A stretch of 48,988 bases of DNA, from positions 1-48,988 of IMG/VR virus record IMGVR_UViG_3300037780_000193; one strand, given 5' to 3'. A program made the translations under genes and the position numbers. The notes beneath the pieces are model-generated. The model searched no databases and was not told the DNA's origin. It saw only the letters and a program-made list of their open reading frames with translations. Origin of the DNA: a virus (taxonomy: Duplodnaviria > Caudoviricetes). Below, piece by piece: positions 15,601 to 23,566 of the stretch; the first letter of the stretch is position 1, and the number at the start of each line of letters is the position of its first letter.

Positions 15601-16257
15601 ATGTCGGTGATCGACACGATGACCCTCGACCAGGTCGAGGAATTACTCGCCTGTCGCCGCAAGGAATGGTTTGGGCAGTGGTCCGCCAAGGAATTGGCGC
15701 GAATGCTGGGCTGTGAGGTCCGCACGGCGCACGGATACAAGGCCGGGAACAATCCCGGCCCGGCCCAGGTTCAGGGCATGGTGCGGGTCTGGGGGCAAAC
15801 CATTCTCGACGTGCTTTATGGGCCGCTGATGGACGCGCCGGATCTGGCGCTGATCGACCGGGTCGAGCGGGTCGCGCTCGAAACCGCGCAAATCAAACGG
15901 GATCTGGAGGAATTTTATGCGACGCTCGGAATGGGCCGCGACCGGAACGGCGCCGCGCCGTCTGACCGCGTCGGAACGCCTGGCCTGGATTGTGGCGGGG
16001 GCGGCGTCGGTGCTGAACCGGCTGTCGATGGGGTTGACCATTCTCGCAATCTGGATCGGCGAACGGGGATGGCGCGGGCCGGGGCGGCGCTCCGGGCGCT
16101 GACCGTCGCCGGCGTTTTCACCCTGGTCGCCGCCGCGCAAATGTCCGGGACGTTGCAAGCGGCCGATATCGATCTGCGCCGGGGGCCGTCCGGGCGCCTG
16201 AATATTCGTCCGCCGGTTTCCCGTGTCCTGCGCAATATCCGTGAGGTTTCGGTATGA
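15601..16257 (+). CDS. CII-position HTH regulator
   Basis: SAKELARMLGCEVRTAHGYKAGNNP HTH; GGAGG RBS. Confidence 0.65.
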   Translation: MSVIDTMTLDQVEELLACRRKEWFGQWSAKELARMLGCEVRTAHGYKAGNNPGPAQVQGMVRVWGQTILDVLYGPLMDAPDLALIDRVERVALETAQIKRDLEEFYATLGMGRDRNGAAPSDRVGTPGLDCGGGGVGAEPAVDGVDHSRNLDRRTGMARAGAALRALTVAGVFTLVAAAQMSGTLQAADIDLRRGPSGRLNIRPPVSRVLRNIREVSV

Positions 16258-16541
16258 CCCTGCCGGTGCCAATCGTGACGGGGGAGGGCGGGGCGATCCG
16301 CCTGCAATTCTTTCGCGGTCTTCCCGACGCTGTGGATCTGGTGATCTCCCCGTCGACCGGCCGCGACCTGGCGGTTCGGTCGCGGCGCACGGGCGCGGAA
16401 TATGCCAGCCATGACGCCATGACGTTCCAGGTATCGGCGCGGGACCGCGTCGGCCGCCGCTTCACCATCGTCGCGCGGCCGCGCGAACTGTTGACCCTTT
16501 CCGCCGATCTGAATTTCGCCCTGGGGAAGGGGCCGCTCTGA
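16254..16541 (+). CDS. Hypothetical protein
   Basis: ATGA coupling; GAGG RBS. Confidence 0.5.
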   Translation: MTLPVPIVTGEGGAIRLQFFRGLPDAVDLVISPSTGRDLAVRSRRTGAEYASHDAMTFQVSARDRVGRRFTIVARPRELLTLSADLNFALGKGPL

Positions 16542-16837
16542 TGGTCGGCGCGTCTGCACATAGCGCGCCTGCAGTCCTGTCGGCCAGTACGCCGCTTGCG
16601 GATCTGGAAAGCGCCTGCCGGGCCGACCCTTCCAACAGCGCCGCGCGCATTCTGCATGCGATGGCCTGCGCCAATGCCTCGACGGGGATAGATGCCTGTC
16701 CGTATGCCGACGGTGCGCCGCGCCGCGATTGGATCGGCGTTTACCGCCGGGTCGAGGCCGAGGCGGGCGAACGCCGGATGGCCGCGCGCCGTCAGGGCGA
16801 CGATCTGTGGTACGGCGATCCAGACGGGGAGTTTTAA
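16541..16837 (+). CDS. Hypothetical protein
   Basis: TGATG coupling; CPY...W motif. Confidence 0.5.
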   Translation: MVGASAHSAPAVLSASTPLADLESACRADPSNSAARILHAMACANASTGIDACPYADGAPRRDWIGVYRRVEAEAGERRMAARRQGDDLWYGDPDGEF

Positions 16838-16841
16838 GGCG

Positions 16842-16991
16842 ATGCGGATCGATGACGAAGCCTGGGTCGTCTGTCTGTGCGTCGCGGCGCTGATCTACTG
16901 CACCATCGTACCGGGCCGCGCGCCCATCCTGCCGGATCTGCCGCCGGCGCCTGTCACCGCTAAAGGAGATCCTGCATGGACGCGCCCCTGA
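16842..16991 (+). CDS. Small membrane peptide
   Basis: GGAG RBS; hydrophobic WVVCLCVAALIYCTIV. Confidence 0.35.
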   Translation: MRIDDEAWVVCLCVAALIYCTIVPGRAPILPDLPPAPVTAKGDPAWTRP

Positions 16992-17131
16992 ACCCGATCA
17001 GTCATCCGCCGGCCCGTCTGCTGCCCTGGGATCGTTGATCCGGTACGTGTCGTTTGTTCAACCGCAGTTTCAAGGGCCCTGGAATGATGTTCCGGTATCG
17101 CCAGCATCGCGTCGCGCCGATCCGGGCGCCG

Positions 17132-17527
17132 TCACGCATCGCGGATCAAGTCCAGGTCGATGGACAGCGCCTCGGCCGCGCGCGGTTCGAGTTTTCGAGA
17201 CAGGCGCTTGCCCGTCCCGCGCTCGATCTGGCTGATATAGTTCGGCGTGACGCCGATTGCGGCGGCGAGATCCGCCTGGGTCAATCCGCGCCATTGGCGC
17301 AGCACTTTCAGCGGGGCCTCGCCGGCGGTCATGCGGCGCATCACGTCGAACGGGATCGTTTCCTCGCCGGTGCTGCGCTCCGCCATGGCGGCGTCAAACA
17401 GCTCTTCGTCCGTTGCGGCGGTTCCGGCCGGGTCCGGGTCGCCGAAGGCGGCGCGATACTCGTCAATCGGAATCACGGCGAAGGCCGGGCGTCCGTCGGC
17501 GTCGTGGATGATTTGTACCTTGGCCAT
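17132..17527 (-). CDS. XRE-HTH antitoxin (HigA-like)
   Basis: QIIHDADGRPAFAVIP.DEY N-terminus, LRQWRGLTQADLAAAIGVTPNYISQIERG; directly downstream of the RelE-like gene. Confidence 0.85.
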   Translation of the reverse strand: MAKVQIIHDADGRPAFAVIPIDEYRAAFGDPDPAGTAATDEELFDAAMAERSTGEETIPFDVMRRMTAGEAPLKVLRQWRGLTQADLAAAIGVTPNYISQIERGTGKRLSRKLEPRAAEALSIDLDLIRDA

Positions 17528-17539
17528 TTCGATGACTCC

Positions 17540-17794
17540 TTAGCGTTTATAGATTTCGCCGCGCGGGGCGACATTCAAGACCATCAGAACCGTTCCGTCC
17601 GCCGTGAAGATCGCGCGCCATGCGCCAACCCGCAGGCGGTAGCCGTCCCGGCCCGAAAGCCGAACCACGTCGTGACGGCTGGCGTCGGCGCCGGTGCGGG
17701 CGATATCGGCCAGCTTGTCCAGGATAGCGGTCGCGACATGCTTCGGCGCTTTCCGGAGGCCTTTGGCGGCGGTTTTGGTGAATTCGATTTGCAT
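17540..17794 (-). CDS. RelE/ParE-family toxin
   Basis: MQIEFTKTAAKGLRK...RLSGRDGYRLRVGAWRAIF...VAPRGEIYK; GAGG RBS. Confidence 0.88.
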   Translation of the reverse strand: MQIEFTKTAAKGLRKAPKHVATAILDKLADIARTGADASRHDVVRLSGRDGYRLRVGAWRAIFTADGTVLMVLNVAPRGEIYKR

Positions 17795-17824
17795 GTCGTT
17801 TCCTCGCTTCCGATGAAACAAACC

Positions 17825-17874
17825 ATAACTTTTAGTGCGGGTTGCGGCAAGCGAAAAATCGCACAAAAAGTTAT
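17825..17874. promoter_or_regulatory. Inverted repeat upstream of the TA operon, likely autoregulatory operator
   Basis: ATAACTTTTAGTGCG (17825-17839) and CGCACAAAAAGTTAT (17860-17874), 14/15 complementary. Confidence 0.6.
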
Positions 17875-17918
17875 AATTTGTGAGAGTTCCCGTGCCGGTC
17901 TGGCCGACGGAGGCGCTT

Positions 17919-18563
17919 ATGGGGACTGAAGATCGCGGGCACCTGTTCAAGGAAAGCGGATATGTGCGTGAGCCGGATCATTGGTATGTCGATGAGCCCT
18001 GGGTGTCGGCATTGCTGTTCGCGGCATTTCGCGATTTCGCGCCGCTGATCTGCGATCCCTGCGCTGGGTCGGGGAATATCCCGAAATCGGCGTCGTCGTT
18101 CGGTTATGACGTCGTTTCAATGGATCTTCGGGATCGGGGCTACATCGCCTTGGATCGGGTCGGGAATTTTCTCGGCATGACGGATCTTCCGCGCGGCGCG
18201 GCCGGTGTCGCGGATTTCGTTTTCAATCCGCCCTATGACAGAGGCGTTCTTGCGATCGACTTTATCCGCCATGCGCTGACACTCACCCGGCGCTATGTCG
18301 CGGCGGTCGTCACCGAAAGCTTTCTGGCGTCGGAGGATCGATATCTGGACTTTACCGAGGGCTTGCCCCTGGCCCGGGTCTGGGTGCTGTCCAGCCGACC
18401 CTCCATGCCGCCAGGCGGGCGCGGGATTAAACCGACTGGCGGGCAGACGAACTATCATTGGCACCTTTACGATCGCCTGCACCCGCCGGGCGCGCCCTGG
18501 CTGGGCGGTCACCTTATCCGGCCGGATGTGCTGCTGACTATGAGGAAGGCGGCCGGGCAATGA
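17919..18563 (+). CDS. Amino (N6A/N4C) DNA methyltransferase-like protein
   Basis: DPCAGSG SAM-binding motif and FNPPY catalytic motif; GGAGG RBS. Confidence 0.8.
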   Translation: MGTEDRGHLFKESGYVREPDHWYVDEPWVSALLFAAFRDFAPLICDPCAGSGNIPKSASSFGYDVVSMDLRDRGYIALDRVGNFLGMTDLPRGAAGVADFVFNPPYDRGVLAIDFIRHALTLTRRYVAAVVTESFLASEDRYLDFTEGLPLARVWVLSSRPSMPPGGRGIKPTGGQTNYHWHLYDRLHPPGAPWLGGHLIRPDVLLTMRKAAGQ

Positions 18564-19729
18564 CGGATCGGGCGAAAGACGGCGACCTGACAGCGCAACA
18601 GATCCGGGAAATGCTGGCGGATCGCGTGGAAACGGTCCTTGGGCGCGTCATGCCGGGGGCGCAGTGGCGCCAGACCGCGACGCAATGGCGCTGTGGCGGG
18701 CCGCATGGTGCGCCGGGTACTTCGTTTTGCGTCTATGTCGGATCGCACGCCAAGGCGGGACGGTACCGGGATTTCGAGGGCGATCCGACCGGGCAAAGCG
18801 GGTCGATGATCGATCTGATTATGTTGGTGCGCGGCTGCGACCAGGCCGAGGCGTTCCGGTTCGCGCGTGAGGAAATTCTGGGCTATCCGGCCCGCCGCGC
18901 GCTGACGGCCGAGGAGCGCCGCCGGATCGAACGGGACAAGGAACGGGCGGAGGAACGGGCGCGGGAGCGCGAACGCCGTTCGAAGATCGACAAGGCCAGG
19001 AAAGCGGAAAACGCCCGCGAGTTGTGGCGGCGTGTCGGACCGGTGCGGGGGACGGATGGCGAGATCTATTTCCGCGAACTGCGGGGCATTTCCGTTCCGG
19101 CGCCGTGCCGGTTCGTGCCGGCACTGCGCTATTGGGTCGAGGGGTCGGATAAGAAGCGGATCGACCTGGGCGCCTATCCCTGCATCGTGACGCCGATGAT
19201 TGCCGACAGGGGCGGCCAGGCGTCGCTGACGGCCCTGCATTTGACCTATATCGATCTGGCCGCGCCTAAAGGGAAGCTGCGCCTGACGCATCCCGAAACC
19301 GGCGAAGGGGTGCCCGCAAAGAAGTTCCGGGGCGATCCGGCGGATGGCTGGATACGATTGACTTCGGCGCGGCCTGTCATGGCGGTTGCGGAGGGCATCG
19401 AGAACACGCAATCGGTCCTGGATGCCCGGCCCGATTGGGGTGGTTGGTGCGCGGGATCGTCGGGCCGGTTCGGGGTGTTGCGGTTCCCCGGCCTGGTGCG
19501 CCGCGTCGTCGGGTGCGGCGAGACCGATTCCGGGTGCGCCAAGGACGCCGCCGGCAACCCCGTATTCAAACCCGACGGATCGCCCTTGGTCCCGGCCGAT
19601 GAAAGCCTGCGACATGCCGCCCGGCTATGGGCGGATGGCGGCCGCCGCCGCGTGGATCTGGTCTGGCTGACGGGCGATGCGAACCATTTGACACTGTTAC
19701 CCGGGCGCGCGGCGTCCGGAAGGGGGTAA
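18560..19729 (+). CDS. Phage primase (Toprim domain)
   Basis: N-terminal DFE...GSMIDLI; YFRELRGI; VAEGIEN Toprim motif. Confidence 0.8.
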   Translation: MTDRAKDGDLTAQQIREMLADRVETVLGRVMPGAQWRQTATQWRCGGPHGAPGTSFCVYVGSHAKAGRYRDFEGDPTGQSGSMIDLIMLVRGCDQAEAFRFAREEILGYPARRALTAEERRRIERDKERAEERARERERRSKIDKARKAENARELWRRVGPVRGTDGEIYFRELRGISVPAPCRFVPALRYWVEGSDKKRIDLGAYPCIVTPMIADRGGQASLTALHLTYIDLAAPKGKLRLTHPETGEGVPAKKFRGDPADGWIRLTSARPVMAVAEGIENTQSVLDARPDWGGWCAGSSGRFGVLRFPGLVRRVVGCGETDSGCAKDAAGNPVFKPDGSPLVPADESLRHAARLWADGGRRRVDLVWLTGDANHLTLLPGRAASGRG

Positions 19730-19731
19730 GT

Positions 19732-21534
19732 ATGGCCGTCGAGGATCTGAGCGCCGAATTGGACAACGTCGCCGAAACCGTCGGCGATCCGCGCCTGGAC
19801 GATTGCCCCGTTGTGCCTTTGGGGCATTTGGAGGGCAATTACTTCTTTTTCGACCGGGCCGGGCAGTTACGGCGCATGACGGCGGCGAGCTTTTCCGAGA
19901 ACGGTTTGATTGATCTGTTCGGTGGGGCGGTCTCTTGGCTTTCCGCTGCTTTTCCGAGCGAGCGCAAAGGGTTTCGCTTCGCAAAAGCGGATGCGGCGGC
20001 GTTTCTGATAGAGGCCTGTAACGCAGCGGGGTTTCTGTCCGCCGACCAGGCGCGGCGCGGTATGGGGGTTTGGCCTGTCGGCGAATTCACGTCCGATAAT
20101 CCGCGTGTGGTCTTGAATACCGGGCGCTATTGCGCCGATTTCGATCCGTCCGAAGGGTTGTTCGACGCGGCCATGCCAATCGCCGGCCGCCGCGTCGGAG
20201 ATTATGTCTATCCGGTATCCAAGGACAGTTTTCCGCCGCCCGCGCGCGATGCGTTGTCCACCGCCGACGCCGCGACCCTATTCGAATTCATACGGGAAAG
20301 CTGGCAGTTCGAGAAACCGGAATTGGCGGCGGCCTGTCTATTGGGCGGGATCGGCGCGGGGTTCATGACCGGCGTTGTGCCCTTTCGTCCGCCCGTCCTT
20401 CTGCAGGCCGAGGCGTCGTCCGGAAAATCGACCTTGATGAAGCTGGTCAAACAGCTCCTCGGGCCGATGGCGGTTTGGAAGGACAAGGCAACGGCGGCGT
20501 CGGTCCAAAAGGACATTGTCGGCGATGGCGCGCGGCCTGTCGTGCTGGACGAATTGGAAATGCCGTCGGGCGAAGATAGGAACGCCAGAATTCAAGAGCT
20601 GCTGGACGTCATCCGATCTGCCTATACGCAGGGGCAGGGCGGTTATGCGCGGATGGGGGACGCCGGGCGGCCATTGAACGCCTATTTCCTGGCTGGGGCG
20701 ATTCAGCCGCCGCCATTGCCCCCTGCTGAGGCGACGCGAATTGTCGTGTTGCGCCTCAAGAAATTAGGAAAATCTGCCGATCTGACGGGGTTCGGGGACC
20801 GGACGGCGCACTATGCCGCGATGGGGCCGCGCCTCTTTAGGCGTGTGCTGGACGGTTGGGCGCGTTTCCCCGAAACCTTGAAGGCCTATCGGCGCTTGAT
20901 CCTGCCGGCCTTTCCCGATGTCCCGCGCGTGGCGGACACTTTCGGAACGCTGTTCGCGCTGGCCGATATCATCTTGTTCGACCGTCTGCGGTCTGATGCG
21001 GATCTGCGTCAATGGGTCGACCTGGTCGACGAGGACGCGGTCGGTGTCGACGAAAGCGACGATAATGCGTCTTCGTGCTGGCACCATTTGATGACCTCTC
21101 ATGCGGACAATTGGAATTCGGGGCGGCGTCGGCCGTTCTCGGATTTCATTGAGCATGCGCTGTCGAATTTCGCCATGGCCGCCGACGATCGGGACGTGTT
21201 GCGCATGTCCGGTATCATGTTCACCGACAAGGACGGTCGAGTCGTCCGGGAACACTCGGACGTCGAAATGACCCATATCGCCATCGGCCGGCGTCACCAG
21301 GCGATCGTTCAGGTCTTCGCAAAGACGAAATGGCGGGACGGGGGCTATGAATCCGCCTTGCTTGGCTTGGAAGGGGCGGTTCGGTCCAAGTCATCGTTGA
21401 ACTTCGGCGGCGGTGGCGGCGCCGACGCCTCGCGACGGGAACATCGGTTCCGCGCGGTTCTGATCCCGATCGATACCGCATTCCCGGAAGTGTCCGACCA
21501 CTATGAAGGTGAAGCCGATGATCCGCCGTTCTAA
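19732..21534 (+). CDS. P-loop ATPase/helicase partner of the primase
   Basis: Walker A AEASSGKST; Walker B VVLDE. Confidence 0.75.
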   Translation: MAVEDLSAELDNVAETVGDPRLDDCPVVPLGHLEGNYFFFDRAGQLRRMTAASFSENGLIDLFGGAVSWLSAAFPSERKGFRFAKADAAAFLIEACNAAGFLSADQARRGMGVWPVGEFTSDNPRVVLNTGRYCADFDPSEGLFDAAMPIAGRRVGDYVYPVSKDSFPPPARDALSTADAATLFEFIRESWQFEKPELAAACLLGGIGAGFMTGVVPFRPPVLLQAEASSGKSTLMKLVKQLLGPMAVWKDKATAASVQKDIVGDGARPVVLDELEMPSGEDRNARIQELLDVIRSAYTQGQGGYARMGDAGRPLNAYFLAGAIQPPPLPPAEATRIVVLRLKKLGKSADLTGFGDRTAHYAAMGPRLFRRVLDGWARFPETLKAYRRLILPAFPDVPRVADTFGTLFALADIILFDRLRSDADLRQWVDLVDEDAVGVDESDDNASSCWHHLMTSHADNWNSGRRRPFSDFIEHALSNFAMAADDRDVLRMSGIMFTDKDGRVVREHSDVEMTHIAIGRRHQAIVQVFAKTKWRDGGYESALLGLEGAVRSKSSLNFGGGGGADASRREHRFRAVLIPIDTAFPEVSDHYEGEADDPPF

Positions 21535-21810
21535 CCCCCTTTCCCCCGTACCCCCTATCCCCAGCACTATGCGCGGGCTGGATGTGCCGCGCGACGCCAT
21601 CGTTACCGGAGGCGTTACGGCGTATCTCCCTGACAAATCAAGCAAAACCGGCGCGCGTAACGGCGTAACGGCGTAACGGGCAGGGCGCTCACGCGCGCGG
21701 GCGCGCAGGACGTAATTTCTCTAGTTCTCTCTTTAATTCCGTTACCAAGAGAGAAAGAGAAAGAAAGATCAAAGAGTTAGGCCGTAACAGTTTCGGTAAC
21801 ACCCGGTAAC
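21535..21810. repeat. Putative replication origin: GTAAC/GTTAC iterons, purine-rich tract, four C-tracts
   Basis: GCGTAACG x3 tandem at 21655-21678; CGTTAC at 21601, 21613, 21740; (C/G)GTAAC at 21783, 21795, 21805. Confidence 0.65.
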
Positions 21811-21842
21811 GGGCCACGAAATCTAGCAGAGAGGGCGAGATT

Positions 21843-22514
21843 ATGCGGGACGGTGATAGCACGGATACGAAATCTAGCGGTTCGGGCGCAGGTCTGCGGC
21901 GCCTGGCGCGGGTCATTCCTGGTTACGGCGGGCAGAATGATCTCGTTCAGACCAATCTTGAGCCGATGGCGGGCGGGAAAGGTGTCTGGATTGGGGGGCA
22001 GGTGCGGGTCATGACCTTGGGGGCGGCAGTCGCCGCCTTCGGACCGGGATTTGTCTCGCGTTTTGACGGGATGGGCGAAACGGCGTCGCGACATACCAAA
22101 CGAAATTCGGGGCAGATCAACCTGACCAGCGGCGGGCAGGCGGTGAAAGATGAAATTTGCCGTGCCCGCGAAACGATGCGCGCCATGCCGGCGCCGGATC
22201 ATGTCCGATTTCTTCGCAAGGCACAGGGCTCGCAGATGGCACAGTTCGCGCCGTCGGATTTTTTCAGCGCGGGCGCGTCGGCGGCGGATGTTTCGCGATT
22301 GGATAAGGTCTGGAACTTGCTGTTGGCATGGGAACCGTCGGATATCGACTATCGTTTGACCTTGATTTGGTATGTGACCGGTGCGGGGTTCGCCGATATC
22401 GGCCGCAAGGTTGGCATTTCCCGGCAGGCGGCGAATAAGAAGCTAGATCGCGCATGCAATGCGTTGGCGTCGGACTTTTCCGGGACGAGCCTCGCCGTAG
22501 AAAGGCGCGGATAA
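21843..22514 (+). CDS. Putative late-gene regulator with sigma-70 region-4-like HTH (start uncertain)
   Basis: GAGFADIGRKVGISRQAANKKLDRAC; sits between the replication and packaging genes. Confidence 0.6.
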   Translation: MRDGDSTDTKSSGSGAGLRRLARVIPGYGGQNDLVQTNLEPMAGGKGVWIGGQVRVMTLGAAVAAFGPGFVSRFDGMGETASRHTKRNSGQINLTSGGQAVKDEICRARETMRAMPAPDHVRFLRKAQGSQMAQFAPSDFFSAGASAADVSRLDKVWNLLLAWEPSDIDYRLTLIWYVTGAGFADIGRKVGISRQAANKKLDRACNALASDFSGTSLAVERRG

Positions 22515-22551
22515 CCGCAAGATATGGGGGTTTCCGGGATTTATTTTCATA

Positions 22552-22570
22552 GGGGTTGACGGGGTTGACA
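22552..22570 (+). promoter_or_regulatory. Tandem GGGGTTGAC repeat, candidate late promoter element
   Basis: GGGGTTGAC-GGGGTTGACA containing TTGAC hexamers upstream of cos and terS. Confidence 0.4.
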
Positions 22571-22730
22571 AATCAGGGGTATTTTTCGGCCATGCTAGCG
22601 CGTCGTGTGGGTCGAAGGATCAGGGCGACGTCTAATTCGAAGAAAATGGTTCGGCTCGGAGCGTCTCGCCCGGGCCGTTCGTCGTTTCGGAGGGTGCTAT
22701 GTGACCGCATGGACAGGGCCCGCCCCGCGC

Positions 22731-22848
22731 GGGTCCTTCCCGGCACCCTCACGTCATGCGGCGAGGAGACCCGCGGGGTTTCACTCGTCGGATGGGGTTT
22801 TGGGAGCCTCAACAACTCAACGAAAGGCTCAACAATCGCGGTGTTGAG
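22731..22848 (+). other. Lambda-like cos site (cosQ, cosN, cosB-like repeats)
   Basis: GGGTCCT at 22731; ATGCG-GCGAGGAGACC-CGCGGGG at 22756-22778; CTCAAC x3 and inverted GTTGAG before terS. Confidence 0.7.
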
Positions 22849-22858
22849 GAATGTTGCG

Positions 22859-23566
22859 ATGGGCGCGAACGGATTGGAACGGCCGATCTCGAAAGCGGAT
22901 TTTGCGCGACGGCTGGAAATCGACCGCAGCAACATCACCCGTTGGATCCAAGAGGGCAAATTGCACGGTGCGGCACTAGTCGGGGATGGCCGCGGTCAGA
23001 AGATCGACGCGCGGGTCGCACTTGAGCAGCTCGGCCGGTCGCTAGATCCTTTGCAGCGCGCGATCAACGGCCGCGCGGATCTGGATCAAGACGACGATGC
23101 GCCGGATTTCGATCTTCCGAAGCGCGACAACGTGGAACGCGTTCGGAACGATGGCCGGCCTTTGGGCAAAACGGACGAGCTGAAGCTAGAGCGCATCCGA
23201 GAGGCGCGGCTCAAAAACGAAAAACTGGAACGCGAAAGCCGCGCCGCCGCCGGGATCTATGTCCGCGCCGACGATGTGGCCCGCGCCTTGGGCGAGGGGC
23301 TGGCGGGCGTTGTTCGCCAGATCGAGGGCGGCTTGCCGGAAATCAGCGAGGACGTCGCACAGGCGATCCGGGAAAACAGCGGCGTTACGGTCGAGGCCAG
23401 GGTGATTGAGGTTGCCTTGTCAAACGCCTGGAACCGGCAACGTGACCGGATCGCGCGACATGGCGAAGCGATGTTATCCGCTTTGCCGGAAACCGTGACC
23501 GACAGGCTAGAGGACCCGGCGGAAGGCGTCGACGATGACAACGGGGATCGTCCTTCGAAATCTTGA
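22859..23566 (+). CDS. Terminase small subunit (Nu1-like)
   Basis: N-terminal HTH SKADFARRLEIDRSNITRWIQEG and coiled coil; precedes the GpA-like gene. Confidence 0.8.
   Translation: MGANGLERPISKADFARRLEIDRSNITRWIQEGKLHGAALVGDGRGQKIDARVALEQLGRSLDPLQRAINGRADLDQDDDAPDFDLPKRDNVERVRNDGRPLGKTDELKLERIREARLKNEKLERESRAAAGIYVRADDVARALGEGLAGVVRQIEGGLPEISEDVAQAIRENSGVTVEARVIEVALSNAWNRQRDRIARHGEAMLSALPETVTDRLEDPAEGVDDDNGDRPSKS

Noticed and set aside
22513-22529. NrdR-box-like sequence CCGCAAGATATGGGG
   Set aside because: Single degenerate copy with no nucleotide-reduction gene nearby
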